In this document: positions 6,911-16,944 of the stretch, piece by piece
Position numbering within the stretch: the stretch's first letter is position 1
Layout: each line of letters starts with the position of its first letter
Virus record (IMG/VR): IMGVR_UViG_3300044981_000018
Coordinates: 1 to 40,008 of that record
Strand: one strand, 5' to 3'
Length of the DNA stretch: 40,008 nt
Source of the DNA: a virus
Lineage: Duplodnaviria > Caudoviricetes
Notes under the pieces: generated by a model
Database searches by the model: none
What the model was told of the DNA's origin: nothing
The model's input: the letters and a program-made list of their open reading frames with translations, nothing else
Made by a program: the position numbers and the translations under genes

Positions 6911-9127
6911 ATGAGCGACAACGCAGAAGGCGGTAATCAGCCCGTCCAACGCACCGAAGAAGATCGCGAGTTCGCGGCTATCAGCGATGCGGATATCTGG
7001 GAAGAAGCCAAGGATCGGCTCCAGATCGCGGCAGAAGCGTATAGCGAAAATCGCAAGAGGGCCAAGGCGGCCATGCTGTTCCGCGAGGGCGACCAGTGGG
7101 ACCATGACGTCATCACGAGCGCATCTGAGGATTCGCCTGAGCTGACGATCAACCTCACGGATGCCTTCGTGCGTCGCGTGGTGAACAACATCAAGCAGCA
7201 GCGGCCGCGCGGGAAGTGTCATCCGGTGGGCGATGGTGCTGATGTGGAGCTTGCGGAGATCATCAATGGAATTGGACGACATGTCGAATACCGATCAGAG
7301 GCTGATATCGCCTATGACCTTGCCGCTGAGCGAGCAGTTGACGCTGGCGAGGGATATTTCAGACTGGTTGCGGAATATGAGGGTCCCCGATCCTTTCGAA
7401 AGGATCTGCGCATCCTCCCAATCCGGAACATATTCAGCGTCCACATGGACCCCGGCGCCATCATGCCCAGCGGGGCAGATCAAAACTGGTGCTTGATATC
7501 GACGCTGATGAAGCGACAGGAATACAAGCGCCGTTATCCGAACGCCAAGAACGTCAACTGGAACGACATTGATCACAACGGCGCGCGGCTCGATTGGGAG
7601 AGCAAGGAGCACATTCGCTTAGCAGAGTACTTCCGGATCCGCGAGAAGCAGGAAATGCTCTATCAGGTGATCGACAAGCAGGGCGGAGAGCACATGCTGT
7701 ACCGCTCCGAGCTGTTCGCCCAAACGAAGACGAAGACGGTCGAGACGATGGTCAATGCGCTGACGCAGTCCGGCGCACGTATCATCAGCGAGCGCATGTC
7801 GGTCAAGCGCCAGGTCGAATGGTTCAGCATCAACGGTCTTGCGGTAATCGAAAGGCAGGAAATCCCGGGCCAATACATTCCTGTCTTCCGTGTTGATGGA
7901 AACTCAATAGACATTGATGGCATGATCCGCCGTCGCGGCATGGTTGACGCCATGATGGACCCGCAGCGCATGGTCAACTATGGCGAGGTCGCCAAGATCA
8001 AGCGGCTTGGCCTCGCACCTAAAGCGCCATGGGTCGCGGCAGAAGGTCAGCTTGACGGCCATCCGGAATGGGATGACGCGAACCAGAAGTCCTATTCGGT
8101 TCTCACCTACAAGCCGCAGGTGATCGAGACCGGCTCGATTCCGATCATGATCCCGCCTCCTCAGCGTCAGGAGCCGGCTGGTATCGAGCAGGGCTTCAGC
8201 GAGTTCGTGCAGGGCATGCGCTCGAATCTCGTTGCGGTGGCCGGAATGCCGAATGAGCCCGGCCAGGATCAACAGGGCGTCGTGGTATCAGGCAAGGCCA
8301 TTGATCGCCGCCAGTGGCTCTCCGATCAGTCCCACTTCCAATATTACGACCATCTGACGCAAGCCATCGCGCAATGCTGGCGCGTGATGACGGAGTGGAT
8401 TCCGGTCTATTACAGCGAGCCGGGCCGGATGCAGCGCATCATTGGCGAGGACTCGACGCCGCAGATGGTCAAGATCAATGATCAGGGCGGAGATGAAGGC
8501 GAAGCGCTCGACAAGATCAAGAATGACGTTTCGGTGGGAAAATACGACGTGGTGATGGATACCGGGCCGGGCTACGAGACGAAGCGCGAGGAAGGCGCAC
8601 AGAACCTCGTGGAGATGATCAAGATTCCGCCGCTTGCCGAGATCATTGCGAAAACCGCACCAGATTTGGTCTTCCGATCGATCGACCATCCGTACATGCA
8701 GGAGCTTGCCGACCGGCTGATGGCGGCCAATCCTGAAGGCCTGAAGAAGGTCATGGAGGGCCTATCGAGCCGCGCCAAGAGCGTTGTTCAATCGCTCGCG
8801 AACGAGAACGCGCAGCTCAAGCAGGCGTTGCAGGCCGCACAACAGGAGGTCAAATTCGGCCTCCAGAAGGCGCACATGGCCGCAGTGGTCAAGGCTCATG
8901 ACACCGAGACGCGCGCGGACACATCGCTTAAGGTCGAGGAAATCCGCGCCACTGGCAAGATCATCGATTCGCGTGCGGATCGGGACCATTCGGCCAAGCT
9001 GGCAGCAGATCAGATCGAGCATGAAGCCAGTCTTGCCATGACAGGCATGCAGAACGATAACCAGAACGCAGCGGCTGACCGGGCCGCAGCACAACAGCAG
9101 CAATCACCCACGCAGGGAGCGCAATAA
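6911..9127 (+). CDS. Portal protein (P22-like)
   Basis: 738 aa after terL; GDQW, LTINL, SGKAIDRRQ, GKYDVVMDTGPGYETKREE; C-terminal coiled coil. Confidence 0.9.
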   Translation: MSDNAEGGNQPVQRTEEDREFAAISDADIWEEAKDRLQIAAEAYSENRKRAKAAMLFREGDQWDHDVITSASEDSPELTINLTDAFVRRVVNNIKQQRPRGKCHPVGDGADVELAEIINGIGRHVEYRSEADIAYDLAAERAVDAGEGYFRLVAEYEGPRSFRKDLRILPIRNIFSVHMDPGAIMPSGADQNWCLISTLMKRQEYKRRYPNAKNVNWNDIDHNGARLDWESKEHIRLAEYFRIREKQEMLYQVIDKQGGEHMLYRSELFAQTKTKTVETMVNALTQSGARIISERMSVKRQVEWFSINGLAVIERQEIPGQYIPVFRVDGNSIDIDGMIRRRGMVDAMMDPQRMVNYGEVAKIKRLGLAPKAPWVAAEGQLDGHPEWDDANQKSYSVLTYKPQVIETGSIPIMIPPPQRQEPAGIEQGFSEFVQGMRSNLVAVAGMPNEPGQDQQGVVVSGKAIDRRQWLSDQSHFQYYDHLTQAIAQCWRVMTEWIPVYYSEPGRMQRIIGEDSTPQMVKINDQGGDEGEALDKIKNDVSVGKYDVVMDTGPGYETKREEGAQNLVEMIKIPPLAEIIAKTAPDLVFRSIDHPYMQELADRLMAANPEGLKKVMEGLSSRAKSVVQSLANENAQLKQALQAAQQEVKFGLQKAHMAAVVKAHDTETRADTSLKVEEIRATGKIIDSRADRDHSAKLAADQIEHEASLAMTGMQNDNQNAAADRAAAQQQQSPTQGAQ

Positions 9128-10161
9128 TGGCAATCACAGTCCTCGATAGCACCGATACAGCAGGCATTCTGGCCGACGCCGGTATCACGCTCGATGAGCC
9201 TACCGAGCAGGGCAACTCCAAGCCCATGGCAGAAGGCAAAGAGATTCAAAGCGCCGACGAAACGTCGAAGAAGGTCGAGCCGATCGATGACGATGAGGAA
9301 GACGGTAACGGCCTCACCGCCGCCGAGCGCGAAGGCCTGACCGAGCGCATGCAGAAGACCATAGGCAAGCAGTACCGCAAGCGCAAGGAAGCCGAAGAAT
9401 TCGCCGCCGCGCAATTCAACGAACGTCGGATGATCGAACAGCGCGCTGCCGATCTTGAGCGCGAGAACGCCGAATTGAAGGCCAAGACCGCGCCAAAGAT
9501 AGAGCAACCGGCCGCGCCGACCGAGCCGCAGCGCGAGAACTTCGCCAATGAAGCCGCCTATGTCGATGCAATGATCCAGTTCCACGTCGATAAGCGCATG
9601 GCTGAGAAGGCCGACGAGGACCGGAAAGCAGCGGAGAAGCGCCGCTTCGATGAGCGCATCGAAACCGCCAAAGGCCGTATCCTGCGGGCGATTGAGACTG
9701 TCCCGGACTTCGAAGAAACGGTCATGGGGAATGACACAACATTGTCGCCTGAAATCGGCACTTACCTCGAAGAATCCGAGATGGTGGCCGAGTTGACTTA
9801 CTACTTCGCCAAGAACCCGGAAGTGCTCGCATCCCTCGAAAAGTTGAGTCCGCACTCAAAATTAGTGAAAATTGGCAAAATTGAGAGTACTCTATCGCCA
9901 TTCGAGCCAAAAGCGGCTCAGCACGACGGCACGTCGAGCAGCACCGAATCCAACGGAAAGGCCTCCAAGGCCGCACCGAGCACTGATACAGGCATCGACC
10001 TGAGCAAGCCGCGCAGCAAGCCGGCCCCGGTGTTCTCGCCGTTGGATGGAAGTGGAAGCGCTGGTCACCAGGTTGATCCCAAGGATATGAATGTCCGGGA
10101 AGCAATCGAGGACTTTGCCAAGCGCAATCGCACCAATCTCAACGCCAGAAAGCGGCATTAA
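9127..10161 (+). CDS. Scaffolding protein
   Basis: Highly charged coiled-coil protein between portal and coat. Confidence 0.8.
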   Translation: MAITVLDSTDTAGILADAGITLDEPTEQGNSKPMAEGKEIQSADETSKKVEPIDDDEEDGNGLTAAEREGLTERMQKTIGKQYRKRKEAEEFAAAQFNERRMIEQRAADLERENAELKAKTAPKIEQPAAPTEPQRENFANEAAYVDAMIQFHVDKRMAEKADEDRKAAEKRRFDERIETAKGRILRAIETVPDFEETVMGNDTTLSPEIGTYLEESEMVAELTYYFAKNPEVLASLEKLSPHSKLVKIGKIESTLSPFEPKAAQHDGTSSSTESNGKASKAAPSTDTGIDLSKPRSKPAPVFSPLDGSGSAGHQVDPKDMNVREAIEDFAKRNRTNLNARKRH

Positions 10162-10229
10162 GCCGCGCCCGGTCAGCCCCTAAGCTGCGCATTCGCAAAT
10201 GCTTGCGCTTACGCGCTTAGGGGATTTCC

Positions 10230-11594
10230 GTGGCAAACCAGCTTCTCACAATCAGCCAGATTACCAATCGGGCACTCCCGGTTCTGGCAAACATGTGCGT
10301 CCTCACGGACAAGTTCAATCGCCAGTACGATAAAGAGTTCGGGCAGAAGGGCCGCAAGATCGGCGCGACGTGTAACGTTCGCCTGCCACCGCGCTATCTC
10401 GGCACCTTCGGCCCCGCGCTGAACGTCGAGCCCAGCACGGAGAACTACGTACCGGTCAACATCCTGTACCAGTTCCACGTCGATATCCAGTTCAACACCA
10501 TCAACATGCTGCTGGACATCGACGATTTCGAGGAACGCTTCATCCATCCGGCTTGCGTCGCAGTTGGCAACCGGATCGACTCGGACGGCGCGTATTTCGC
10601 GATGCAGAACACGGCAAACCGCCTCGGCACGCCTGGCACCACGCCGACGATCTTCAAGAACTTCTCCGACGCGCGAGCAATTCTTGCTTCGGAAGGCATG
10701 CCGAAAGGCCTGATTCCGACCTCGGTCCTGCACCCGCTGGCATCCAGCTCGATGGCTGACTCGCTCAAGGGTCTCTATAACCCGCAAGCGCAAATCAGCG
10801 ACTTCTTCGAAACCGGCATGATCGCGAAGAAGACGGCCGGTGCTGACTGGTTTGAAGACCCGAACATCGCCAACTACACGACCGGTACGCTGACTGGTAC
10901 GCCGGTTCTGGCCGGTATCACCACGGCGACGGCGGGCTCCGGTCTGCTGACCTCGGGATGGGCTCAAACGGGCGTTCTGAACCTGCAAGGGCTCACGAAC
11001 ACCGCGGCGCAATGCCAAGTCGGTGACACGATCCAGATCGCTGGCCTCTACCCGGTCAACCCGCAGAACCGCTCGCGCTACGGCAACACGCTCAAGCAGT
11101 TCGTCGTGCTGCCTCCGGGTGGCTACGCACAATTGACCGGCACTGCGGCTCCCGGCGGCCCCGGCTTCGCACCGGCAACGCTCGCGGCAGGTACGTTCAA
11201 CGCGACGACCGGCCTCTATACGTCGAGCGGTACCGGCACGCTGTCGGTGACCATCGGCGAAGTGGCGATCATCGGCGGCCAGTTCCAGAACTGCGTAGCG
11301 GGTGCAGCCTTCACTGGCACGCCGGCTGTGACGATCAACGGCGGCGCTGCGGCAGGCACCAACTCGACGGAAAACATGTATTTCCATCGTGACGCCTTCG
11401 CACTGGCCTTCGTGGATCTGCCGCTGCCGCGCACCGCAGCGGAAGCAAGCCGCGCATTCGATGAAGACCTCGGTCTGTCGATTCGTGTGGCGACGCAGTA
11501 CACCATCAACAACGATGCTGAACCGACGCGTATGGACGTGGCTTATGGTTTCTCAAGCCTCTACCGTTCGCTCGGCGTTCGCGTCTCGGGTTAA
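10230..11594 (+). CDS. Major capsid (coat) protein, P22 gp5-like
   Basis: MANQLLT...KIGATCNVRLPPRY; FHRDAFALAFVDLPLP; RMDVAYG. Confidence 0.9.
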   Translation: MANQLLTISQITNRALPVLANMCVLTDKFNRQYDKEFGQKGRKIGATCNVRLPPRYLGTFGPALNVEPSTENYVPVNILYQFHVDIQFNTINMLLDIDDFEERFIHPACVAVGNRIDSDGAYFAMQNTANRLGTPGTTPTIFKNFSDARAILASEGMPKGLIPTSVLHPLASSSMADSLKGLYNPQAQISDFFETGMIAKKTAGADWFEDPNIANYTTGTLTGTPVLAGITTATAGSGLLTSGWAQTGVLNLQGLTNTAAQCQVGDTIQIAGLYPVNPQNRSRYGNTLKQFVVLPPGGYAQLTGTAAPGGPGFAPATLAAGTFNATTGLYTSSGTGTLSVTIGEVAIIGGQFQNCVAGAAFTGTPAVTINGGAAAGTNSTENMYFHRDAFALAFVDLPLPRTAAEASRAFDEDLGLSIRVATQYTINNDAEPTRMDVAYGFSSLYRSLGVRVSG

Positions 11595-11606
11595 GGAGCA
11601 GAAATC

Positions 11607-12017
11607 ATGGCATTCCCTTCAACGACCAACGTTGACGGCTCCAACCCGGGGCCGAACGTAGCAACGCAGCCGGACACTACGCAAAGCCCGATCGGCAATA
11701 TTCAGAAGATCGGGACTTTCAGCCTGACGATCACGCCGAGCGCGTGCGCGACTGGCCCTTCGGTTAACGAACAGACCTTTGCCTCGACCGGCATTGGCCT
11801 GCTCACGACCGATCGCGTGTTCGTTGAATATCCGGGTTCGCAGACGGCTGCTGTGGCGATTGCTGATTCGCGTGTGTCCGCTGCTGACACGCTCGCAATC
11901 AAGTTCATCGCCACGGCCGGCACGCCGACGCCCGCAGCAGGCGCGTATTACGTGACCGTGTTCCGCATTCAACCGAACTGGACTGCGCCGGCTAGCGGCA
12001 ACCAGATGGACTGGTAA
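11607..12017 (+). CDS. Putative capsid decoration/virion protein
   Basis: AAGGAG RBS; immediately after coat; small, T/A/S-rich. Confidence 0.6.
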   Translation: MAFPSTTNVDGSNPGPNVATQPDTTQSPIGNIQKIGTFSLTITPSACATGPSVNEQTFASTGIGLLTTDRVFVEYPGSQTAAVAIADSRVSAADTLAIKFIATAGTPTPAAGAYYVTVFRIQPNWTAPASGNQMDW

Positions 12018-12029
12018 GGAGCGACGATC

Positions 12030-12773
12030 ATGGCTGGATTGCCTCAAGGTCGTGCATATGGGGTATTCGCCGGGAACATTCCGTTTCAGCCCGGCGATTT
12101 TTACCTCGAATCAGTTCAGGACGGCATCACGGCGAATGCTGGTGGCGGCCAACAGGCCGCTTATCAGATCACCACGCAGACCGCACGCGTCACGGTTGTA
12201 GCGACCGCCGGTGACTCGGTGCAGTTGCCATCGGCCACGCCGGGGATTGAATTGCTGTTGATCAACCATGGGGCTAATTCCATGCAGGTCTTCGGCAATT
12301 TCATCAGCGGCGTAGATACGATTGATGATCAGGCATTCGGAACCGGCGTGTCGCAGATGGCTAACTCCATGGTCATCTACACATGCCCGGTGAACGGAAA
12401 GTGGTATAGCGAAGGGCTTTCGAGTGGCTTCTCAACGTCGCTCGGATTGCAGACTTTCAGCTATTCGACGATCGCTGCCAATGCGACGGTGACTCAAGCG
12501 GCCGGCACGCCAATTGCGGCAATGCTGACCAACATGACTTCCGGTGCGGCCGGCGCAGCAACGCTTCCTGTATCCCAGCCGGGTCTTGAATTGACGGTAC
12601 ACAACATTAGCGCCTTCACTGTGACGGTCTTCCCGAATGCCGGGGGAACTGGATCGGAGAAGATAAATGCGCTGACGGCAAATAGTGGCATTGCGATGGC
12701 GACGAATACCTCGACCGTCTTCACTTGCGTAGTGGCCGGCCAGTGGTACACCGTCCCGCGCGTGCCGAGCTAA
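12030..12773 (+). CDS. Virion protein with internal two-fold repeat
   Basis: LPSATPGIELLLIN...YTCPVNGKWY versus LPVSQPGLELTVHN...FTCVVAGQWY. Confidence 0.65.
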   Translation: MAGLPQGRAYGVFAGNIPFQPGDFYLESVQDGITANAGGGQQAAYQITTQTARVTVVATAGDSVQLPSATPGIELLLINHGANSMQVFGNFISGVDTIDDQAFGTGVSQMANSMVIYTCPVNGKWYSEGLSSGFSTSLGLQTFSYSTIAANATVTQAAGTPIAAMLTNMTSGAAGAATLPVSQPGLELTVHNISAFTVTVFPNAGGTGSEKINALTANSGIAMATNTSTVFTCVVAGQWYTVPRVPS

Positions 12774-12776
12774 GCC

Positions 12777-13139
12777 ATGTGGCCATATCCATTCGAGCCG
12801 CTATTTGGCTTTACCGGACCCGGTGGCGCAGAGCAATCTGCGCCGACCGTGGTGGCCGCCTCGACGACGACCAGCGCAGCGACGTTGCTGCCTGGTAATC
12901 AGGGCGGGGATGAGGCGAATACCGTAATCCGCATTGAGAACGTCACGAACGGATGGGCATTCTGCAATTTCGGGGATGTCAACGTAGGCTCGGCGACACT
13001 GAACAATGGCGTCGGTGTACCTCCGAATTCCTTCGCTATCGTCTCAGTTCGCGCGGATACCTGTTACGTAACGGTAATTCTCAACACGAGCGCGACAAGC
13101 GGAAACGTGCGCTTCCTGCGCGGTAACGGGATCTCCTAA
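12777..13139 (+). CDS. Putative virion protein
   Basis: 120 aa in structural operon. Confidence 0.55.
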   Translation: MWPYPFEPLFGFTGPGGAEQSAPTVVAASTTTSAATLLPGNQGGDEANTVIRIENVTNGWAFCNFGDVNVGSATLNNGVGVPPNSFAIVSVRADTCYVTVILNTSATSGNVRFLRGNGIS

Positions 13140-13148
13140 GGATGAGCG

Positions 13149-13484
13149 ATGCCGACGATGCCAAATCTGATCGGCTTGCAGGTGCAGAACGCGCTTGCTT
13201 ATATGGTAGCGGCCGGCGTTCGCGTCGTGCCGCTCGGTTATTTTCAGACTGATCCGGTCACGATGAGCTGGGTCAAGACCGCCCAGCTACCCGGCTACAT
13301 CATCGAGCAGAGTCCCGCATTCGGCGCTCAGATGAACCCGAATGATCCTGCTGTACTGGTCATGTCCAGCTATCCCATGTCGGTTGGAACTGATGGGCCG
13401 GTGGAATCTACCTACCTCGCCGGTCAGACAATGCTCGATGACCTGAGCGAACCATTCATTCTCGATGTGAGCCGACTCGGATGA
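13149..13484 (+). CDS. PASTA-like domain protein
   Basis: MPNLIGLQVQNA...GYIIEQSPAFG...VLVMS matches the PASTA pattern by eye. Confidence 0.55.
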   Translation: MPTMPNLIGLQVQNALAYMVAAGVRVVPLGYFQTDPVTMSWVKTAQLPGYIIEQSPAFGAQMNPNDPAVLVMSSYPMSVGTDGPVESTYLAGQTMLDDLSEPFILDVSRLG

Positions 13485-14338
13485 AAAAACTTCTCTCCCT
13501 GCTGCTATTCCTGCCTGTGCTCGCATGGGCGCAGTGCAATCCATTCTCGCCGGATACGGTGCTCACCGCGGCGGCGCTCAATGCCGCCATCGCCGCGCCA
13601 TGCATCACTGGTGGCGTCATCAAGGCGACAACTCAGGGGCGGCTTGATAACTCGACGCTGGTCGCGACTGATGCATTCGTCAATCAGCAGAATGCAGCAG
13701 CAGTAGCGACGGTTCCCGCAGCCAATGTGATCGGCGGCGTCTATAACCAGGCGACGCTTGGCAGCGGCGCTCAGGTCGTCGTCTTCGTCAGCGGCGGCGT
13801 GGTTCAGAGCATTCTCGCGGTCGCAGTGCCTGGGACCGGATATGCAGTCGGCGATCTGTTGATTCTGCCAGCGGGCAATCAGGATGCAATTATCCGAGTG
13901 GCTACCGTTTCAGGCAGTGGCATTGCAACCGCATCGATCGTCTACGGCGGCAGCGGCTATACGACCGGCGTCCAAGTGCCGGTTATGGCCGTTCCTCCAG
14001 GCAGGCGCGCCGTTGTTTTCACTGGCACGCTTACCAGCAATCTCACGTTCATCATTCAGAACGGCACGTATCTCACTGCAAGCCGGGAGGTCGAGTTCGC
14101 CAACAACACAACCGGCGCATTTACCGTCACGGTCTTTCTGAGCAATGGCGCGGGCGGCCATACCGGGAATGGCGTGGTGTTGCCGCAAGGAACCAACAAC
14201 TCGACGGCTCTCTCTGTGTACACGGATGGCGTCAATGACGTATGGCCTTCGCTGAACGCGTTTCCCTCGGGGGTGACATGCAGCGGCGCGCCGAGCGGAA
14301 GTTTCGCGGTCACCAACGGCGTCGTCACGCATTGCTAA
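13481..14338 (+). CDS. Fibre-like protein with apparent Sec signal peptide
   Basis: MKKLLSLLLFLPVLAWA/Q; DNSTLVATDAFV fibre-type motif; G/T-rich. Confidence 0.6.
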   Translation: MKKLLSLLLFLPVLAWAQCNPFSPDTVLTAAALNAAIAAPCITGGVIKATTQGRLDNSTLVATDAFVNQQNAAAVATVPAANVIGGVYNQATLGSGAQVVVFVSGGVVQSILAVAVPGTGYAVGDLLILPAGNQDAIIRVATVSGSGIATASIVYGGSGYTTGVQVPVMAVPPGRRAVVFTGTLTSNLTFIIQNGTYLTASREVEFANNTTGAFTVTVFLSNGAGGHTGNGVVLPQGTNNSTALSVYTDGVNDVWPSLNAFPSGVTCSGAPSGSFAVTNGVVTHC

Positions 14339-14347
14339 GGGGCAAAC

Positions 14348-15340
14348 ATGACCATCGGCACAACGACCGCGCTGAATCTGATTCAAGGGGCATTGCGCCG
14401 GATCAATTCCTATCAGTCCGGTGAGCAGATTCAGGCACCGGATGAGGCGGATTGTCTCGACACGTTGAATGACCTGCTCGATTCGCTCTCGACGGACAAG
14501 GATTACATCTTTGGTTCGCAGGAGAACATCCTGTCATGGACCGCGCAGCAGCGGCTATACAAGGTCGGCAATCCCGTTTGCCAATTGCTCGGGCTTCAGC
14601 CTTTCACTGGCACGCTGACGGCCGGTTCGAATGTCATCACTGGCATCACGAACTTGCCGGCGCAGCTCATCGCCGGTCAGAATCCTGCTTATACGGTCGG
14701 CTCGGGCTCGATCCTGAGCGATGCGCAAGGTCTGATTCCGCTGAACACGACGATCACCGCGATTGGCACGAATACCGTCACCATGTCGGCGAATGCAATC
14801 GGCAATTCAGCCGGCCTCGATAGCGTTACATTCACGGTCCCCGGCGATCTTCCGATCCCTCGACCGTTGCGAATTACGCATGGCTTCACGCGCTTCAATG
14901 CGCTAGATTTCACGCTCGATGTTTATGCAACCGAAACACAGTACACGCAGTTCCTGTACAAGGCCCAGCCGGGTCCATGGCCGACCGTGGCTTGGTATAA
15001 CGCGCAGTTCCCATATGGCCTGCTGAACGTCTACCAGACGCCGGGGAACAGTGTTGAGTGCCATTTGTTCACGGACACGATCCTGCAAAATCTCACCTTG
15101 AGCCAGGTACTGGTGATGCCGCAGGGCTACTCGCGGATGCTCAAGTGGTTGCTAGCGAAGGAGCTGTGCGCGGAGTACGGGTTTCCGATGAGTCAGGCGA
15201 TTCTGCTCAATTCGAAAGAAGCTCGAGATTTTGTGAAGGCGCTGAATGCGAAGCCGGCGAATGTGAGCCAGTATGATCGCGAACTCGTGCGCGGGAACAG
15301 GCCAGATGGCGGGTGGTGTACCCATGGCGGCTACCGCTGA
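14348..15340 (+). CDS. Head-tail adaptor (P22 gp4-like) with inserted beta-rich domain
   Basis: LIQGALRRI...DCLDTLNDLLDSL; PQGYSRMLKWLLAKELCAEYG. Confidence 0.75.
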   Translation: MTIGTTTALNLIQGALRRINSYQSGEQIQAPDEADCLDTLNDLLDSLSTDKDYIFGSQENILSWTAQQRLYKVGNPVCQLLGLQPFTGTLTAGSNVITGITNLPAQLIAGQNPAYTVGSGSILSDAQGLIPLNTTITAIGTNTVTMSANAIGNSAGLDSVTFTVPGDLPIPRPLRITHGFTRFNALDFTLDVYATETQYTQFLYKAQPGPWPTVAWYNAQFPYGLLNVYQTPGNSVECHLFTDTILQNLTLSQVLVMPQGYSRMLKWLLAKELCAEYGFPMSQAILLNSKEARDFVKALNAKPANVSQYDRELVRGNRPDGGWCTHGGYR

Positions 15341-16944
15341 TGCCGGCCGGTAACAATGGTCCGCTCAATATGTTCGGCGACTTCGGACTCGCTGGGGGGC
15401 AAGACGCCGCGCCAAACCACATCCAGGATGATCAGATGTGTATCAACTTCTATGCTGAAGTTGATCCCGGCAACTCCAAGGAAGTGCTTGGCCTGCTCGG
15501 CTGTCCCGGCCTGACCCAACTCGTCGCAGCACCAGGCGGCGGCGCTCCCGGATTCAGCTCGACGCAGACCGTTTGGCCCATGCCCTATTCCGGCCCGGCG
15601 CTGGCCGTGCGCGGCTTTTGGGAGCTTCCGGGCAATAACGATGCGACGACTGGCAGCACGGTCGATAATACCGCGCTTGCCGTGATTGGCAATACCTGCT
15701 ATCTGGTGACCGCGATTTTCAGCGCGCCGACTGTCTTCCCAACGCTCACTTTGACCTCAGTTGGCACGTTGAAAACCAGCAGCGGGCCTGTGTGCATTCG
15801 CGACAATAATGCGGGTGGCACTGCAGTAATTGTGGACGGTCCGAACGGTTACTACTACACCATTGCAACGCAGGCATTCACGCCGATCGTAGATCCAAAT
15901 TTTCTCGGCTCCGATATGGTCGCCTATATCGACGGCTGGTGGATCTTCAACAAGCCCGGCACGCAGACGTTCTACACCAACTCGCAGGCCTATAGCCTGA
16001 CCTTCAATGCGCTGTATTTCGCGCTGAAGGATGCTGCGGCTGACAACCTCGTCGCGGTCATGGAGAACAAGGAACTGCTCTGGTTGATCGGCGACAAGAC
16101 AACCGAGATCTGGTATGACGCCGGCGGCGCGACGTTCCCGTTTCAGCGCATCGTTGGCACGCTGATTCAGGCCGGCTGCAAGGCCAAGTATTCGGTGGCG
16201 CGTTTCGGCTCTCAGGGACAGGAAGGGTTGATCTGGTTCGGCCGCTCCGAGCGTGGCGAAAACGTCATCATCAAGACACAGGGCTTTCTGGATCAGGTCG
16301 TCTCCAATGCATCCTTCGGCGATGAAGTAGCAATGTATCCGACGACTGACGATGCGATCGGCTACACCTATCAGGAAGATACGCATGAATTCTACGTGCT
16401 TACATTCCCGACTGCGGACGTTACATGGGTGTATGACGGCCAATCTGGCTTGCTGCATAAGCGCCTGTCCTATGATCCGTATGCAAAAAAGTTCCATCGT
16501 CATCGCTCGAACTGCTTTATGAACTTCGCCGGTATGCGCATGGTCGGTGATTACCAGAACGGTGCTATTTACTGGCTCACGCGGACCGCATACACGGATG
16601 CAGGCTGGCCGCTGCTTGCCAAGCGCCGCGCGCCGCACGTGTGGGACGGTGGCCAGCGTGGCCGCGTCTTCATGGGAAGTCTCCAGCTCGACTTCAATGT
16701 CGGCCAGGGCAATCCGAGTGGCATGGGTTCGAATCCGGTCTGTACGCTCGCAATCTCGCGCGATGGTGGCCACACCTTCGGTAATCGCACCTCGGCGCCC
16801 TTAGGCGCTATCGGCGAATATCGCACGCGCACGATGTGGCGAAAACTCGGGTGGGGCCGTGACAATGTGTTCGATATCGAAGTGATTGATCCGGTAAATC
16901 GCGATCTTGTCGGGGCGACGCTTAAGGCGTTCAGTTCAGCATGA
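15340..16944 (+). CDS. Tail hub / DNA stabilisation protein (P22 gp10-like)
   Basis: IGDKTTEIW; ISRDGGHTFG...GAIGEYRTRTMWRKLG; follows gp4-like gene. Confidence 0.85.
   Translation: MPAGNNGPLNMFGDFGLAGGQDAAPNHIQDDQMCINFYAEVDPGNSKEVLGLLGCPGLTQLVAAPGGGAPGFSSTQTVWPMPYSGPALAVRGFWELPGNNDATTGSTVDNTALAVIGNTCYLVTAIFSAPTVFPTLTLTSVGTLKTSSGPVCIRDNNAGGTAVIVDGPNGYYYTIATQAFTPIVDPNFLGSDMVAYIDGWWIFNKPGTQTFYTNSQAYSLTFNALYFALKDAAADNLVAVMENKELLWLIGDKTTEIWYDAGGATFPFQRIVGTLIQAGCKAKYSVARFGSQGQEGLIWFGRSERGENVIIKTQGFLDQVVSNASFGDEVAMYPTTDDAIGYTYQEDTHEFYVLTFPTADVTWVYDGQSGLLHKRLSYDPYAKKFHRHRSNCFMNFAGMRMVGDYQNGAIYWLTRTAYTDAGWPLLAKRRAPHVWDGGQRGRVFMGSLQLDFNVGQGNPSGMGSNPVCTLAISRDGGHTFGNRTSAPLGAIGEYRTRTMWRKLGWGRDNVFDIEVIDPVNRDLVGATLKAFSSA

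Noticed and set aside
10209-11387. 392-aa antisense ORF over the coat gene
   Set aside because: Arg-rich shadow frame with no recognisable domain, unlike the HNH case
15757-16773. 338-aa antisense ORF over the gp10-like gene
   Set aside because: Shadow ORF from codon bias; no motifs
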